Shown: piece after piece, positions 38,260-47,991 of the stretch
How positions within the stretch are numbered: the stretch's first letter is position 1
Layout: every line of letters begins with the position of its first letter
DNA from: Dehalococcoidia bacterium
GTDB lineage: Bacteria > Chloroflexota > Dehalococcoidia > GIF9 > UBA5629
NCBI GenBank assembly: GCA_041653995.1
Contig: JBAZEK010000001.1
Coordinates: 1,184,747 to 1,248,746, forward strand
DNA: 64,000 nt
Reading direction: 5' to 3'
The notes under the pieces: generated by a model
Told to the model about the DNA's origin: nothing
The model's input: the letters and a program-made list of their open reading frames with translations, nothing else
Databases searched by the model: none
Program-made: the position numbers and the translations under genes

Positions 38260-39929
38260 GCCGTTTCGCCGCTCCCCAGCCTGGCCATCTCCTCCTCCAC
38301 CAGGCTATCATCCAATTTGGTGAACAGCGCCTGGGGTTGAGGCAGAGCGCGGCCGGGTTGAGGAATCTGAAAGTCCCAACCTGCATCGCGTATATCCCCC
38401 TCGAAGCCCAAATAGGAGTGCAGCTTCTGCGATGTGAAAGGCAGGAAGGGATAAAGCATGGTTTTCAACGCCGATATGACGGCGATGGCTGTATATACCG
38501 ATCTCCCGGCAGCCTGGCGGTCCTGTTTGATCATCTTCCATGGCGCGGCATCATCCAGGAAGCGGTTGACATCCTGCGCCAGGGCCATGGCGATTTTGAG
38601 ACCCTCCTTGAAATGGCAGCGGTCAAGCTGGCTGCCGACCTGTTCCAGTGTGTTGCGGGCTTTCTGAAGCAGTGCCTTGCCGGCCTCATCCATATCACCC
38701 GGCTCAGGCACGGAGGCATTGAAATTGCGATGGTTGAAGGAAAGCACACGGTGCACCAGGTTGCCGTAGGTTGCCACCAGCTCGTCGTTGTTCTTGCGCA
38801 GGAACTCGTGCCATGAGAAATCCATGTCGCCCGTCTCAGGCATATTGATAGACAGGTAATAACGCAGAGGATCAGGATCGTAGCGCGATAGGAAATCGGG
38901 CACCCACACAGCCCAGTTGCGGCTGGTGGACAGCTTCTTGCCCTCGATTGTGAGGAACTCGTTGGCCGGTACATCGTAGGGCAGGTTCAGACCGCCATAG
39001 CCCATCAGCATGGCCGGCCAGATAATGGTATGGAAGGGGATATTATCCTTGCCTATAAAATAGTAGGCCCTGTTCTGCCCCGTCCAGAAACGTTTCCAGG
39101 CGTCGTTATCTTTCTGAGATGAGGCCCACTCACGGCTGGCCGACAGATACCCGATGACCGCCTCAAACCAGACGTAAATACGTTTTTTTTCAAATCCCGG
39201 CTGCGGCACCGTGACGCCCCACTCGATATCGCGTGTGATGGCCCTGTCCTTGAGACCTCCCTCCAGGAATCCCAGCGTAAATTTCTGTACGTTCTGGCGC
39301 CAGAAATCCTTATCTCCCACCCACTTCCTGAGCTGCTCCTCAAATACGCTCAGCTTGAAGAAAAAATGCTCCGAGTTCTCAAACCTGGGCGTGGATGAGC
39401 ACGTGCGGCAGCGCACATCTATCAGGTCGCTGGGATTCAGTGTGTGGCCACAGTTGTCGCACTGGTCGCCCCTGGCAGCATTGAAATTGCAGTGGGGGCA
39501 GGTGCCCTCGACGTAACGGTCGGGAAGCGAGCGCTTACAACTGGGGCAATACGCCTGAGGCATTGAGCCTTTATAGATGTAGCCTTTCTCCAGCAATTTG
39601 AGGAAGATGTCGTGCGCAACCGATGCATGGTTGGCCGTATCCGTGGTGGTGAAAAGATCAAACGAGATGCCCAGTTGCTGCCAGCTCTCCAGAAATTCTT
39701 TGTGATATCTGGTGGCCAGCTCTGAAGGTGGAATGCCCTCCTGCTCGGCGCGCAGGGTTATAGGTGTCCCGTGCTCATCGCTTCCGGATACCATCAACAC
39801 ATTATTGCCGCGCAGGCGATGATAACGGGCGAAGATATCGGCGGGTAAATAGGCCCCGGCGACATGACCGAGGTGGAGCGGGCCGTTGGCATATGGCCAG
39901 GCTACAGCAACAAGGATGTTCTCAGGCAA
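38256..39929 (-). CDS. metG: Methionine--tRNA ligase
   Basis: HLGHVAG (HIGH motif), Zn knuckles CPHC...CDNCG, and a KMSKS-like KLSTSRN. Confidence 0.9.
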   Translation of the reverse strand: MPENILVAVAWPYANGPLHLGHVAGAYLPADIFARYHRLRGNNVLMVSGSDEHGTPITLRAEQEGIPPSELATRYHKEFLESWQQLGISFDLFTTTDTANHASVAHDIFLKLLEKGYIYKGSMPQAYCPSCKRSLPDRYVEGTCPHCNFNAARGDQCDNCGHTLNPSDLIDVRCRTCSSTPRFENSEHFFFKLSVFEEQLRKWVGDKDFWRQNVQKFTLGFLEGGLKDRAITRDIEWGVTVPQPGFEKKRIYVWFEAVIGYLSASREWASSQKDNDAWKRFWTGQNRAYYFIGKDNIPFHTIIWPAMLMGYGGLNLPYDVPANEFLTIEGKKLSTSRNWAVWVPDFLSRYDPDPLRYYLSINMPETGDMDFSWHEFLRKNNDELVATYGNLVHRVLSFNHRNFNASVPEPGDMDEAGKALLQKARNTLEQVGSQLDRCHFKEGLKIAMALAQDVNRFLDDAAPWKMIKQDRQAAGRSVYTAIAVISALKTMLYPFLPFTSQKLHSYLGFEGDIRDAGWDFQIPQPGRALPQPQALFTKLDDSLVEEEMARLGSGETA

Positions 39930-39955
39930 GTAAATATCTCCTGTTTCGTATTGTA

Positions 39956-40393
39956 TTATTTAAGCGTTTTCGATGGGAAAAAGGTGAAAACCTTGTCCCC
40001 CTTCTCCTTCTTTTCCATGCCGGCCTTTCGCTTCTCGCAGCAGGCCTGGCAGAAACGCAGCTCTTGAGATTCCTGAGGCGATTTCCTATATTCGGTTACG
40101 CAGCCGTAATTCTTTTTCCTGTATGCTTCGCCGCCCTTTTTCTTATAGCAGGCCGGACAATAGCACTTCTCGCTATCGCCATCAATGACGAAGAGGTATT
40201 CGTCACCGCTTTCTATCCTTTTGTCGCATTCCGAGCAATCCAGATCGTCGATATAAATCACCTCTTCCTTCAGTTTATCCGAAGGCTTCTCGTCGATAGC
40301 CAGATATACATCACCGTGATGTATGGTGCTGTCGCAGCCATTGCACCTGGCCGGTCCAATGGAAATTGCACCCCTGCGAAATCTTTCCTGCAT
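39956..40393 (-). CDS. Hypothetical Cys-rich protein with multiple zinc-ribbon-like CxxC pairs
   Basis: CNGC, CSEC, CPAC, and C...CQACC. Lys-rich C-terminus. A complete ORF between metG and rsmI. Confidence 0.45.
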   Translation of the reverse strand: MQERFRRGAISIGPARCNGCDSTIHHGDVYLAIDEKPSDKLKEEVIYIDDLDCSECDKRIESGDEYLFVIDGDSEKCYCPACYKKKGGEAYRKKNYGCVTEYRKSPQESQELRFCQACCEKRKAGMEKKEKGDKVFTFFPSKTLK

Positions 40394-40395
40394 GA

Positions 40396-41181
40396 CTAAA
40401 CTCCCATTTTAGATTTGTCCCTTGCCTTACACAAGGACTTTTTTACCTTACCGATGCCCTGTATAACGATCGTGAATTCACCGCGCGGCCTGTTGAAATG
40501 CCTGACTGCCGCGCTCAGCGGTCCGCGAAATATCTCCTCGTGCAGCTTGCTCATCTCCCTGCACACTGCTACGTTGCGGTCACCCATCATCTCCAGCATG
40601 GCCGACAGTGAATCGACCACCCTGTAAGGCGACTCGAAACAGATCATCGTCCTCGGCTCCAAGCTGACCGATCCCAGCAACCGCCTTTTCTCCCCCTTCT
40701 TGCGCGGTAAAAAGCCCAGGTAAAGGAACTGGTCCGACGGCAGGCCTGAAGCAGCCAGGGCAGTGATCACCGCCGAAGGCCCCGGCAATACCTCGACTTT
40801 AAATCCTTTCTCAATAGCGCCCTTGATCAGCTCGTAGCCCGGATCGCTGATGCCGGGAGTACCGGCTTCCGAGATAAGGGCGATGTCCTGTTCCTCCAGC
40901 ATTTTCAGCAGGGCAGGCATCTTGCTTTTTTTATTGTGCTCGTAATAACTGGCCAATCCGGTCTTAATATTATACCTGCTGAGCAGCTTGCGTGAGGTGC
41001 GCGTATCTTCTGCTGCTATCAACTGCACTTCACCCAACACCCGCAGGGCTCTCAGCGTGATATCCTCAAGGTTACCGATGGGTGTGGCTACAACATACAG
41101 AACAGGCACAATAACGCAGTAATTATATCCCAGTTTACGCTTGGCGGTAAACTTTATGTCGTACTCGAGCGCAAATGGCAT
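40396..41181 (-). CDS. rsmI: 16S rRNA (cytidine1402-2'-O)-methyltransferase RsmI. Only the C-terminal 261 codons of the 665-aa track ORF are taken.
   Basis: LYVVATPIGNLEDITLRALRVL...LIAAEDTR tetrapyrrole-methylase-fold signature. ATG at 41181, preceded by GGAGGA. Confidence 0.8.
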   Translation of the reverse strand: MPFALEYDIKFTAKRKLGYNYCVIVPVLYVVATPIGNLEDITLRALRVLGEVQLIAAEDTRTSRKLLSRYNIKTGLASYYEHNKKSKMPALLKMLEEQDIALISEAGTPGISDPGYELIKGAIEKGFKVEVLPGPSAVITALAASGLPSDQFLYLGFLPRKKGEKRRLLGSVSLEPRTMICFESPYRVVDSLSAMLEMMGDRNVAVCREMSKLHEEIFRGPLSAAVRHFNRPRGEFTIVIQGIGKVKKSLCKARDKSKMGV

Positions 41182-41259
41182 ATATCGATATTCCTCCAGG
41201 CTTGACTTGAAACACTCCGTTTTGATATAGTTTCCGCTAATCACCCCCCGAGGCTTGAC

Positions 41260-42405
41260 ATGCCAATACCTAAATTCAAAGAGCTCGAACGAGCATATGG
41301 TTTCGATGAAGTGGCAATCGTGCCAGGGGACGTCACGGTCAATCCCGACCAGACCAACATCGAATTTAAAATCCGCGATATCACTTTCGCCATCCCGATA
41401 GTAGCCGCCGCCATGGACGCCGTGGTGGACCCCGATTTCGCCATAATATTCAACAAGGCGGGAGGATTGCCCATCATCAATATGGACGGAATTCAGGTCA
41501 GATATGACAATCCCCGCGCTGTACTGGATGAGATAATCAACGCGCCTCAGGGAGAGGTCACTGCCCTGATGCAGAAGATCTACAGCCAGCCCATCAAGGA
41601 TTCGCTTATCGCACAACGCATTCAGAAGATTAAGAAGGCCGGCGCTGTCTGCGCCGTATCCATGATACCCGCCACGACCAAAAAGCTGGCCCCCGTAGCA
41701 GAGGAGGCCGGCGCCGACATAATTGTGGTGCAGACCACGGTAACCACAGCACGGCATATCTCCAAGAGCTATCGCGGCCTGAGCTTCTCGGACATGTGCA
41801 AACAGCTCCGCATCCCGGTGGTGGTGGGCAACGCCGTAACTTACAGTGCAGCCCTCGAGCTGATGCGGACGGGTATCGACGGCCTGCTGGTAGGTATCGG
41901 CCCGGGCGCCGCCTGCACGACACGCGAGGTGCTGGGCGTGGGAGTACCGCAGGTTACGGCCACCATCGATTGCGCCGCTGCGCGCAACGTTTATTTCAAG
42001 GAAACCGGCCGCTATGTCTCGATCATAACCGATGGCGGCATCCGCATCGGCAGCGATATGTGCAAAGCCTTTGTCTCGGGCGCCGACGCCGTGGTATTCG
42101 GCTCCATCCTTACCCGCGCCGGGGAAGCGCCGGGCAAGGGATATCACTGGGGTATGTCCCAGCCATCCGCCACGCTTCCGCGCGGCACGCGTATCAAGAC
42201 CGGCGTCAAGGGTTCGCTTGAGAAGCTGCTCTTCGGGCCCAGCCACGTTACCGACGGGACGGAAAACTACGTGGGCGCTCTGCGCAACGCCATGGGCGTA
42301 TGCGGGGCGCTGAGCATTAAAGAGTTCCAAAAGGTCAAACTGGTGATCGCTCCCTCCATAAAGACAGAGGGTAAATACTTCCAGTCCACTCAACAGAGCT
42401 GCTGA
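41260..42405 (+). CDS. IMP dehydrogenase/GMP reductase-family protein lacking a CBS pair (GuaB-related)
   Basis: TIM-barrel IMPDH-like motifs: [11 protein letters not shown] (catalytic Cys loop) and [12 protein letters not shown]. About 380 aa. Confidence 0.7.
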   Translation: MPIPKFKELERAYGFDEVAIVPGDVTVNPDQTNIEFKIRDITFAIPIVAAAMDAVVDPDFAIIFNKAGGLPIINMDGIQVRYDNPRAVLDEIINAPQGEVTALMQKIYSQPIKDSLIAQRIQKIKKAGAVCAVSMIPATTKKLAPVAEEAGADIIVVQTTVTTARHISKSYRGLSFSDMCKQLRIPVVVGNAVTYSAALELMRTGIDGLLVGIGPGAACTTREVLGVGVPQVTATIDCAAARNVYFKETGRYVSIITDGGIRIGSDMCKAFVSGADAVVFGSILTRAGEAPGKGYHWGMSQPSATLPRGTRIKTGVKGSLEKLLFGPSHVTDGTENYVGALRNAMGVCGALSIKEFQKVKLVIAPSIKTEGKYFQSTQQSC

Positions 42406-42452
42406 CAGCGAATAACGCCCGCGGCCGGCGATCCACTACAACTGCAGAATTA

Positions 42453-43694
42453 TCATATTTTACGGGCAATAAAGATCGTGACGATAGACGTGGCCAGGCT
42501 GATGACACCTACGATGAGAAAGACACTGGAGATGCCGGCCATATCCATGAACACACCATATACGGGCTGCAGCAGGCTCTGCCCCTGCTGCCCAATACCA
42601 AAATAGATACCGAAAACTATCCCGTGCATACGCAGCGGTGTTCTCTCCATCAGATATGTCTGGACTGCAGTTTCCCTCATTGTCCACACGATCCCGATGA
42701 CAATCATTAACACGGCCAGGGCGGGAAAATAGTTAACTGTGGTGAAGAGCAGTATGGCCGGACCTATGGCTATCAATGTCAGCAGGACGGTCTGTCTGTT
42801 ACCCCACCTGTCCGAAAGCCATCCACCCAGCAGACTCCCCAGAACTCCTGACGCTCTCAGTACGCTGGTCCAGACTGCAGCCATGGTTGCGGTAAGGCTG
42901 TAATGGTCGACAAGATAAAGCGGTATGAAAGGCAGCAGGGAGCCGGAGGTAAATGTGACCACGACCACCAGGATAATGACTGTAGATACCTTCTTCAGCA
43001 CCTGCCAGAGCGACGGCGAATCGGCGCCGGCCTGTTTCCCCCTGCCTTCCGTAATTTCAGCACGGGGTATATCGGGTTCAATTTTACGCAGCCAGAAGGC
43101 AACGCTGAACCCTGCAACCAGGGCGGGTATAGAAAGCAGAAGAAAGGCCATGTGCCAGTTGATAGTTGCAGCGATAGCCGTGCCGATAAACGGGCCGACG
43201 CCGAAGCCTAATGCGCCTCCGATCATATGCAGCCCTATGGCCTTTCCGCGCCTGTCCTCGAACAGGCTGCTGATGGCGGGCACGGCCGCAGGATGGTAAG
43301 CGCCGGCAAAGATGCCCATAGATACCATGGCTACCAGCAATGATTCATAGGTCGGCATCAGGCCTGCGGCAATGCCGCTGATGCCTACTCCGGTCAAACC
43401 CATTGTTATCGATATCCACCTGTGCTTGATGCGGTCACCGACCCATCCACCCAATATCTGCGAAAATCCCGAGGTGACGCTGTACGCAGAGACCAGCAAC
43501 CCCGCCTGAAAGTAATTAAGCATCATATCCTGCCGGATAAACGGCAGCATCGTGATAAGCAGGCCGGTCATCAAATCCTGGCTGAAGTGTGTAAAGCAGA
43601 AGAAGAGGCTTACACCACCTCCCCATTGATTGAGATGCTTTTTAAGCGTGTCGAACAATTTAAATATCCGCTTATATAAAGACCGATGCCCCAT
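42453..43694 (-). CDS. MFS transporter
   Basis: 12 predicted TM segments and an MFS-like GWVGDRI loop. Confidence 0.7.
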   Translation of the reverse strand: MGHRSLYKRIFKLFDTLKKHLNQWGGGVSLFFCFTHFSQDLMTGLLITMLPFIRQDMMLNYFQAGLLVSAYSVTSGFSQILGGWVGDRIKHRWISITMGLTGVGISGIAAGLMPTYESLLVAMVSMGIFAGAYHPAAVPAISSLFEDRRGKAIGLHMIGGALGFGVGPFIGTAIAATINWHMAFLLLSIPALVAGFSVAFWLRKIEPDIPRAEITEGRGKQAGADSPSLWQVLKKVSTVIILVVVVTFTSGSLLPFIPLYLVDHYSLTATMAAVWTSVLRASGVLGSLLGGWLSDRWGNRQTVLLTLIAIGPAILLFTTVNYFPALAVLMIVIGIVWTMRETAVQTYLMERTPLRMHGIVFGIYFGIGQQGQSLLQPVYGVFMDMAGISSVFLIVGVISLATSIVTIFIARKI

Positions 43695-44286
43695 ACCAGA
43701 TGCCGAAACCTATCAACACCAGCGCGCAGATACTGAATACAATTTTCTGCACTTTCGGCGTCCATAGGTGTCTTGTACGGAATACGGTCATCGAAACGAT
43801 CTGGTCCCAGGTGATGTCACAGGCAAGATGGACGACCGTAAAAAGCGCCAGGCCCATAATACCGAAGGTGACGGCGCCTGTTATCAATGCCACGCCTATG
43901 GTAGCCCACCAGAGATAGATATATGGATTACCGCCGGTCATCACCATGCCCGTCACAAGGGGACTGTACGGCATAACGGCCCCTCCCTCAACCGGTTTCT
44001 TGAAGGTAAAGAAGATAAGCAGCCCCATTATTATTAGCAGCGCTCCTCCGGCCAATCCGGTGACCGTTTTCACGACTGGATCGTTGAGATAGGAAGCAAA
44101 ACCGAAATAAATGAGGGCGATTATAGGTATCTCAATGATCCCGTGTCCGATACCGATCATAGCCCCGGCGTTCCTGTCTTCATACCCTTTGGCGATGGTG
44201 GCGGCCGTCAGCGGTCCGGGCAACATAACACCTGAGAGTGATATACCGGCCGCGGAAAGCAAAAAGATCCACAGATTCTGGGTCAT
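43672..44286 (-). CDS. LysE/RhtB-type small membrane exporter-like protein
   Basis: About 6 TM helices across 200 aa. Weak family assignment. Confidence 0.4.
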   Translation of the reverse strand: MTQNLWIFLLSAAGISLSGVMLPGPLTAATIAKGYEDRNAGAMIGIGHGIIEIPIIALIYFGFASYLNDPVVKTVTGLAGGALLIIMGLLIFFTFKKPVEGGAVMPYSPLVTGMVMTGGNPYIYLWWATIGVALITGAVTFGIMGLALFTVVHLACDITWDQIVSMTVFRTRHLWTPKVQKIVFSICALVLIGFGIWYGASVFI

Positions 44287-44331
44287 ATTAATTGAACCTT
44301 ATACGGGCACTAACGCAGAAAAAAGCTTTAA

Positions 44332-45129
44332 TCAGTCATCATTATCGCCATCATCGTCTCCGCCGTCACCTTCGTCCTTTTTGGGCGCCGGTGACAGCCC
44401 CATCCTGGGTACGATAGCGATGCCCCTTTTGTCCTTCTTTTTTTCGGGCCTGGGCAGGGCGTGGATATCATCGATAAGCGAGCCTATCTCTGCCGCGCTT
44501 GAACCTGCAGGCAACACCAGACATTTGACCCCGGCCTCGCGCAAAGCCGTCAGTTCGGCCATTGTAAGTCCGGCGCCTGTCAGGGCTATAACGGGCTGGC
44601 CCGAGAAATCAGCCGCCCGCCGGCATTGCATCAGAGCTTCCACGGTAAGGGCAGGCACACGAAGGTCCACCATGACAGCCTCTATGGCAGGATGGAGGCC
44701 GTTCACCGCCCGCATCAGACCGGCCTCGATCGACATATCCAGCCTCAATACCCTGCCGACCGATTCCGGCTCATTTCCCGCCAGCGATTTGACCGGCAGG
44801 TTAGCATCGAACACCACGAAGTCGATATCGCTGCCTTCCGGCTTGGCCCCCGTGCCGGTTTTACCGCCGCTCAATACCAGGCCCACCGGTATATCAACCT
44901 TTGTTTTAAGGTATTTTACGATGGCAGCGCCTGTCAGGCCGGCAGGATCGAGTATGCCTGCACAGGCGCCTGTGGTGGCAACTTCCTTCAACTCATCCTC
45001 CGGTTTTCCGGCCAGTTCAACAGCAACCAGCATCGATACAGACCTGTCACCGCCGCTTCCGGCATGAAAGCCCATAGCAGGGGCCGCAGCCTTATTCAGA
45101 TTATCTAATTTATCGATGAATTTACTCAT
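44332..45129 (-). CDS. Hypothetical protein with an acidic C-terminal tail
   Basis: Complete 265-aa ORF. No recognisable family motif. Tail EGDGGDDDGDNDD. Confidence 0.4.
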   Translation of the reverse strand: MSKFIDKLDNLNKAAAPAMGFHAGSGGDRSVSMLVAVELAGKPEDELKEVATTGACAGILDPAGLTGAAIVKYLKTKVDIPVGLVLSGGKTGTGAKPEGSDIDFVVFDANLPVKSLAGNEPESVGRVLRLDMSIEAGLMRAVNGLHPAIEAVMVDLRVPALTVEALMQCRRAADFSGQPVIALTGAGLTMAELTALREAGVKCLVLPAGSSAAEIGSLIDDIHALPRPEKKKDKRGIAIVPRMGLSPAPKKDEGDGGDDDGDNDD

Positions 45130-45210
45130 GCGTCACCGCTCCCTTGGATATAAGATAAACATATTATCTCACGGAAAGGTCTAAATAATCTCTGCGGGAG
45201 ACCGGCCCGG

Positions 45211-46131
45211 TTACCAGTATGGCGGGATATCTATGGACACCACCCTGCCCATGCTGGGCCAGCGCTGCATCTGGCCGGGCTGCGGGAAAATAGCAACCGG
45301 TTCGTATTCCTGGCCGACTTCTACATTGACCTGTTTGTCGGCGTAATAGCCCTGCGAAGAGGACGTCGTATCTATATATACCAGTCCCCTGTCCGTCGTC
45401 TGAAAAGCGTCTAAAGAATGGTTGGTGTAGCCTTCAACCATACCTGGTGGCAGTAGCTTGACGGCAACGATGGCCGCCCGTATACCGGCAGCCTCGGCGT
45501 TGTTATGCAGCAACTCGGAAAAGTCGCCGCAGGTGAACAGGCCGCTCATATAAGCACGGCGGTCGGTCTGGTCGGTTTGCAGGAAAGCCTTCAGCTCTTC
45601 CCAGCTCGGATTGCGGGCGGCCGCATTATTGCGCAGCACGATGTAATGACTGTCAGCCCCCACCATGATGGCTCCCTGAAAAAAAACGTAGGATTCGTTT
45701 TCCTTCAGAGCCGGCAACATATCGGCAGGGATATTCGACGGGATACCGTTCGAATCAACGGCCGGGCTGGAGGGAAGGCTGGCTGTTTTAACCACCGGCA
45801 CGACATTGACAATGACGGAACTTACAACGGCGCCACCCTGGCTGACAGCCGTCAGATTATAGGCCGTTATCTGTGACGGCGTGACGCTAACCTCACCGCT
45901 TGCCTCGACCTGCCCGATCCCATGGTCGATGACGATGCTGTCGGCGCCATCGACGTTCCAGCGCAGCGTTGCAGCCGTGCCGCTATCTATCCTGGAATTG
46001 TCCGCCCTGAAAAAGAGAACCTGGGGTGGTTCAGCGGGAGCAGCAGCAGGCATGGACAGCAGCGAACCGGAGCATGCGCTCAGACCGAGGACAATAACGG
46101 CGGCCAAGCCGGCCATGAGCCTGATATTCAT
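45211..46131 (-). CDS. Hypothetical secreted lipoprotein
   Basis: Signal peptide plus lipobox (VLGLSAC). 306 aa, with no recognised catalytic motif. Confidence 0.45.
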   Translation of the reverse strand: MNIRLMAGLAAVIVLGLSACSGSLLSMPAAAPAEPPQVLFFRADNSRIDSGTAATLRWNVDGADSIVIDHGIGQVEASGEVSVTPSQITAYNLTAVSQGGAVVSSVIVNVVPVVKTASLPSSPAVDSNGIPSNIPADMLPALKENESYVFFQGAIMVGADSHYIVLRNNAAARNPSWEELKAFLQTDQTDRRAYMSGLFTCGDFSELLHNNAEAAGIRAAIVAVKLLPPGMVEGYTNHSLDAFQTTDRGLVYIDTTSSSQGYYADKQVNVEVGQEYEPVAIFPQPGQMQRWPSMGRVVSIDIPPYW

Positions 46132-46256
46132 TTTCCCTGCTGTTACCTGCCTTGCCTTAAAAGTATAGCTTCAGGTGGTTTTGCAGGCAATTTATTTCGA
46201 TTATAATTACTTTTACCTGCTATTAAAAAATGGCATGTGTCAGGAGGATAGTCGGT

Positions 46257-47948
46257 ATGGCGAAGCAGTTGAAAATCGTGATTATCGGCGGCGGAGCCTG
46301 CGGTCCCAAGACCGCCGCCCGCGCGCGCAGGCTGGATGCATCGGCGCAGATCACTATGGTGCAGGATGAGGAACTGATATCCTACGCCGGCTGCGGATTG
46401 CCGTACTATATCTCCGATGTGGTCAAATCCCGCAACGCCCTCCTGGTACGCGATGCCGCCGCCTTTAAAAAGATCAGCAATGTGGATGTACTGACAGCCA
46501 CCCGTGTGGACCGCATCGACCGGTCCGCACACAGGATAGACGTAACTGCACTGGCCGAGAATCGGCAATATTCCATCGACTATGACAAGCTGGTGATAGC
46601 CACAGGTGCAAATCCGGTGGTTCCACCTATAAAAGGCATCGACTTCAAAGGTGTGCACGTGTTGAAACGCGTCCCTGACGCGGATGAGATAAAGGTCCTC
46701 ATAAATGAGTCGGCCTCTAAAAAGGCCGTTGTTGTAGGCGCCGGACTGATCGGAATTGAGATGGTCGAGGCGCTATCGGCACGCGGATTGAAGGTCAGCG
46801 TGGTCGAGGCGCTGGATAAAGTGCTGCCGGGCATACTGGACGAGGAGATCTCGGACCTGCTGGCCGACCATGTTAGAAGCAAGGGAGTGACTCTCAAGCT
46901 GGGGCAAAAAGTGGTGGAATTCAAGGGTGGTAACAATAGAGTAAGCCATGTCATCACGGACAAGGAGACGCTTGAGGCAGACGTGGTCATCTTCGCCATA
47001 GGCGTGCGCCCGAATTCAAAGCTGGCAAAGGAAGCAGGCCTGGAGATCGGTCCATTCGGCGATGTCGTTGTCAACGAGTATTTGCAGACAAGCGATCCCG
47101 ACATCTATGCCGGCGGCGACTGCGTGGCCAATATCAGCATTGTCACCGGCAAGAAGGCATTCGTGCCCCTGGGCTCCACAGCCAACAAGCACGGGCACGT
47201 GATAGCGGCCAACATCACCGGCGGCAGCGAAAAATTCGCGGGCATCGTAAGCACCGCCTGTGTGAAGGTATTCGACTTCAACACCGGGCGTGTGGGACTG
47301 GGAGAGCAACAGGCGCGTGAAGCAGGTTTCGATGTGGTCACTGCCCTCATACCCAATCCGGATAAGCCGATGTATTACCCCGGCAGCAAGGAGGTCATCA
47401 TCAAGCTCATCGTGGACAGGAAAACCCGACGTATACTGGGCGGGCAGGGCACCGGACCCGGCGATGTCATCAAGCGCATCGATGTGCTGGCCACGGCCAT
47501 CACAGCAGGTATGATAGTAGATACGCTGGCCGACCTGGACCTGGCCTACGCTCCCCCCTACAACACGGCGCTGGATGTCCTCCACCACGCGGCCAACCTT
47601 GTGCGAAATAAGCTGGAGGGAAGGACGACGGGCATCAGATACGCCGAGGTAAAAAAAAAGATAGACGCGGGGCATGATTTCGTACTTCTCGATGTGCGAA
47701 GCAAGTACGAGAGCGATAATACCTGGTTGGAGACACCCCAGGTACATTTATTACCGCAAGCGAGACTGTACGACGAAATGGATAAACTTGACAAGAAAAT
47801 CGAGACAGTGGTCTTCTGCCTGCGGGGCGGACGCGCCTACCAGGCCTGCTGCACACTCAAAGGCGCCGGCTTCAAGGATGTTAAATTCGTTGAGGGAAGC
47901 CTGACCTGCTGGTGCGCCGATGATATTTGCGGCGAGCCCGTGCTCTAA
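46257..47948 (+). CDS. CoA-disulfide reductase / NADH oxidase-family flavoprotein with a C-terminal rhodanese domain
   Basis: KIVIIGGGACGPKTAAR (FAD motif), redox Cys in the N-terminal region (YAGCGLPY), a second Rossmann domain (VVGAGLIGIEM), and a C-terminal rhodanese with the CLRGGRA active-site loop. Confidence 0.8.
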   Translation: MAKQLKIVIIGGGACGPKTAARARRLDASAQITMVQDEELISYAGCGLPYYISDVVKSRNALLVRDAAAFKKISNVDVLTATRVDRIDRSAHRIDVTALAENRQYSIDYDKLVIATGANPVVPPIKGIDFKGVHVLKRVPDADEIKVLINESASKKAVVVGAGLIGIEMVEALSARGLKVSVVEALDKVLPGILDEEISDLLADHVRSKGVTLKLGQKVVEFKGGNNRVSHVITDKETLEADVVIFAIGVRPNSKLAKEAGLEIGPFGDVVVNEYLQTSDPDIYAGGDCVANISIVTGKKAFVPLGSTANKHGHVIAANITGGSEKFAGIVSTACVKVFDFNTGRVGLGEQQAREAGFDVVTALIPNPDKPMYYPGSKEVIIKLIVDRKTRRILGGQGTGPGDVIKRIDVLATAITAGMIVDTLADLDLAYAPPYNTALDVLHHAANLVRNKLEGRTTGIRYAEVKKKIDAGHDFVLLDVRSKYESDNTWLETPQVHLLPQARLYDEMDKLDKKIETVVFCLRGGRAYQACCTLKGAGFKDVKFVEGSLTCWCADDICGEPVL

Positions 47949-47991
47949 ACGTGTATAATAGCTGTTAAACGGGCACGAAACTCATATCCTC

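Noticed and set aside
40396-42393. 665-aa minus-strand ORF from the track
   Set aside because: Only the C-terminal 261 aa (from ATG 41181 with an SD) has RsmI homology. The N-terminal 400 aa is Ala/Gly/Arg-rich shadow sequence antisense to the plus-strand IMPDH-family gene (41260-42405), which has clear motifs.
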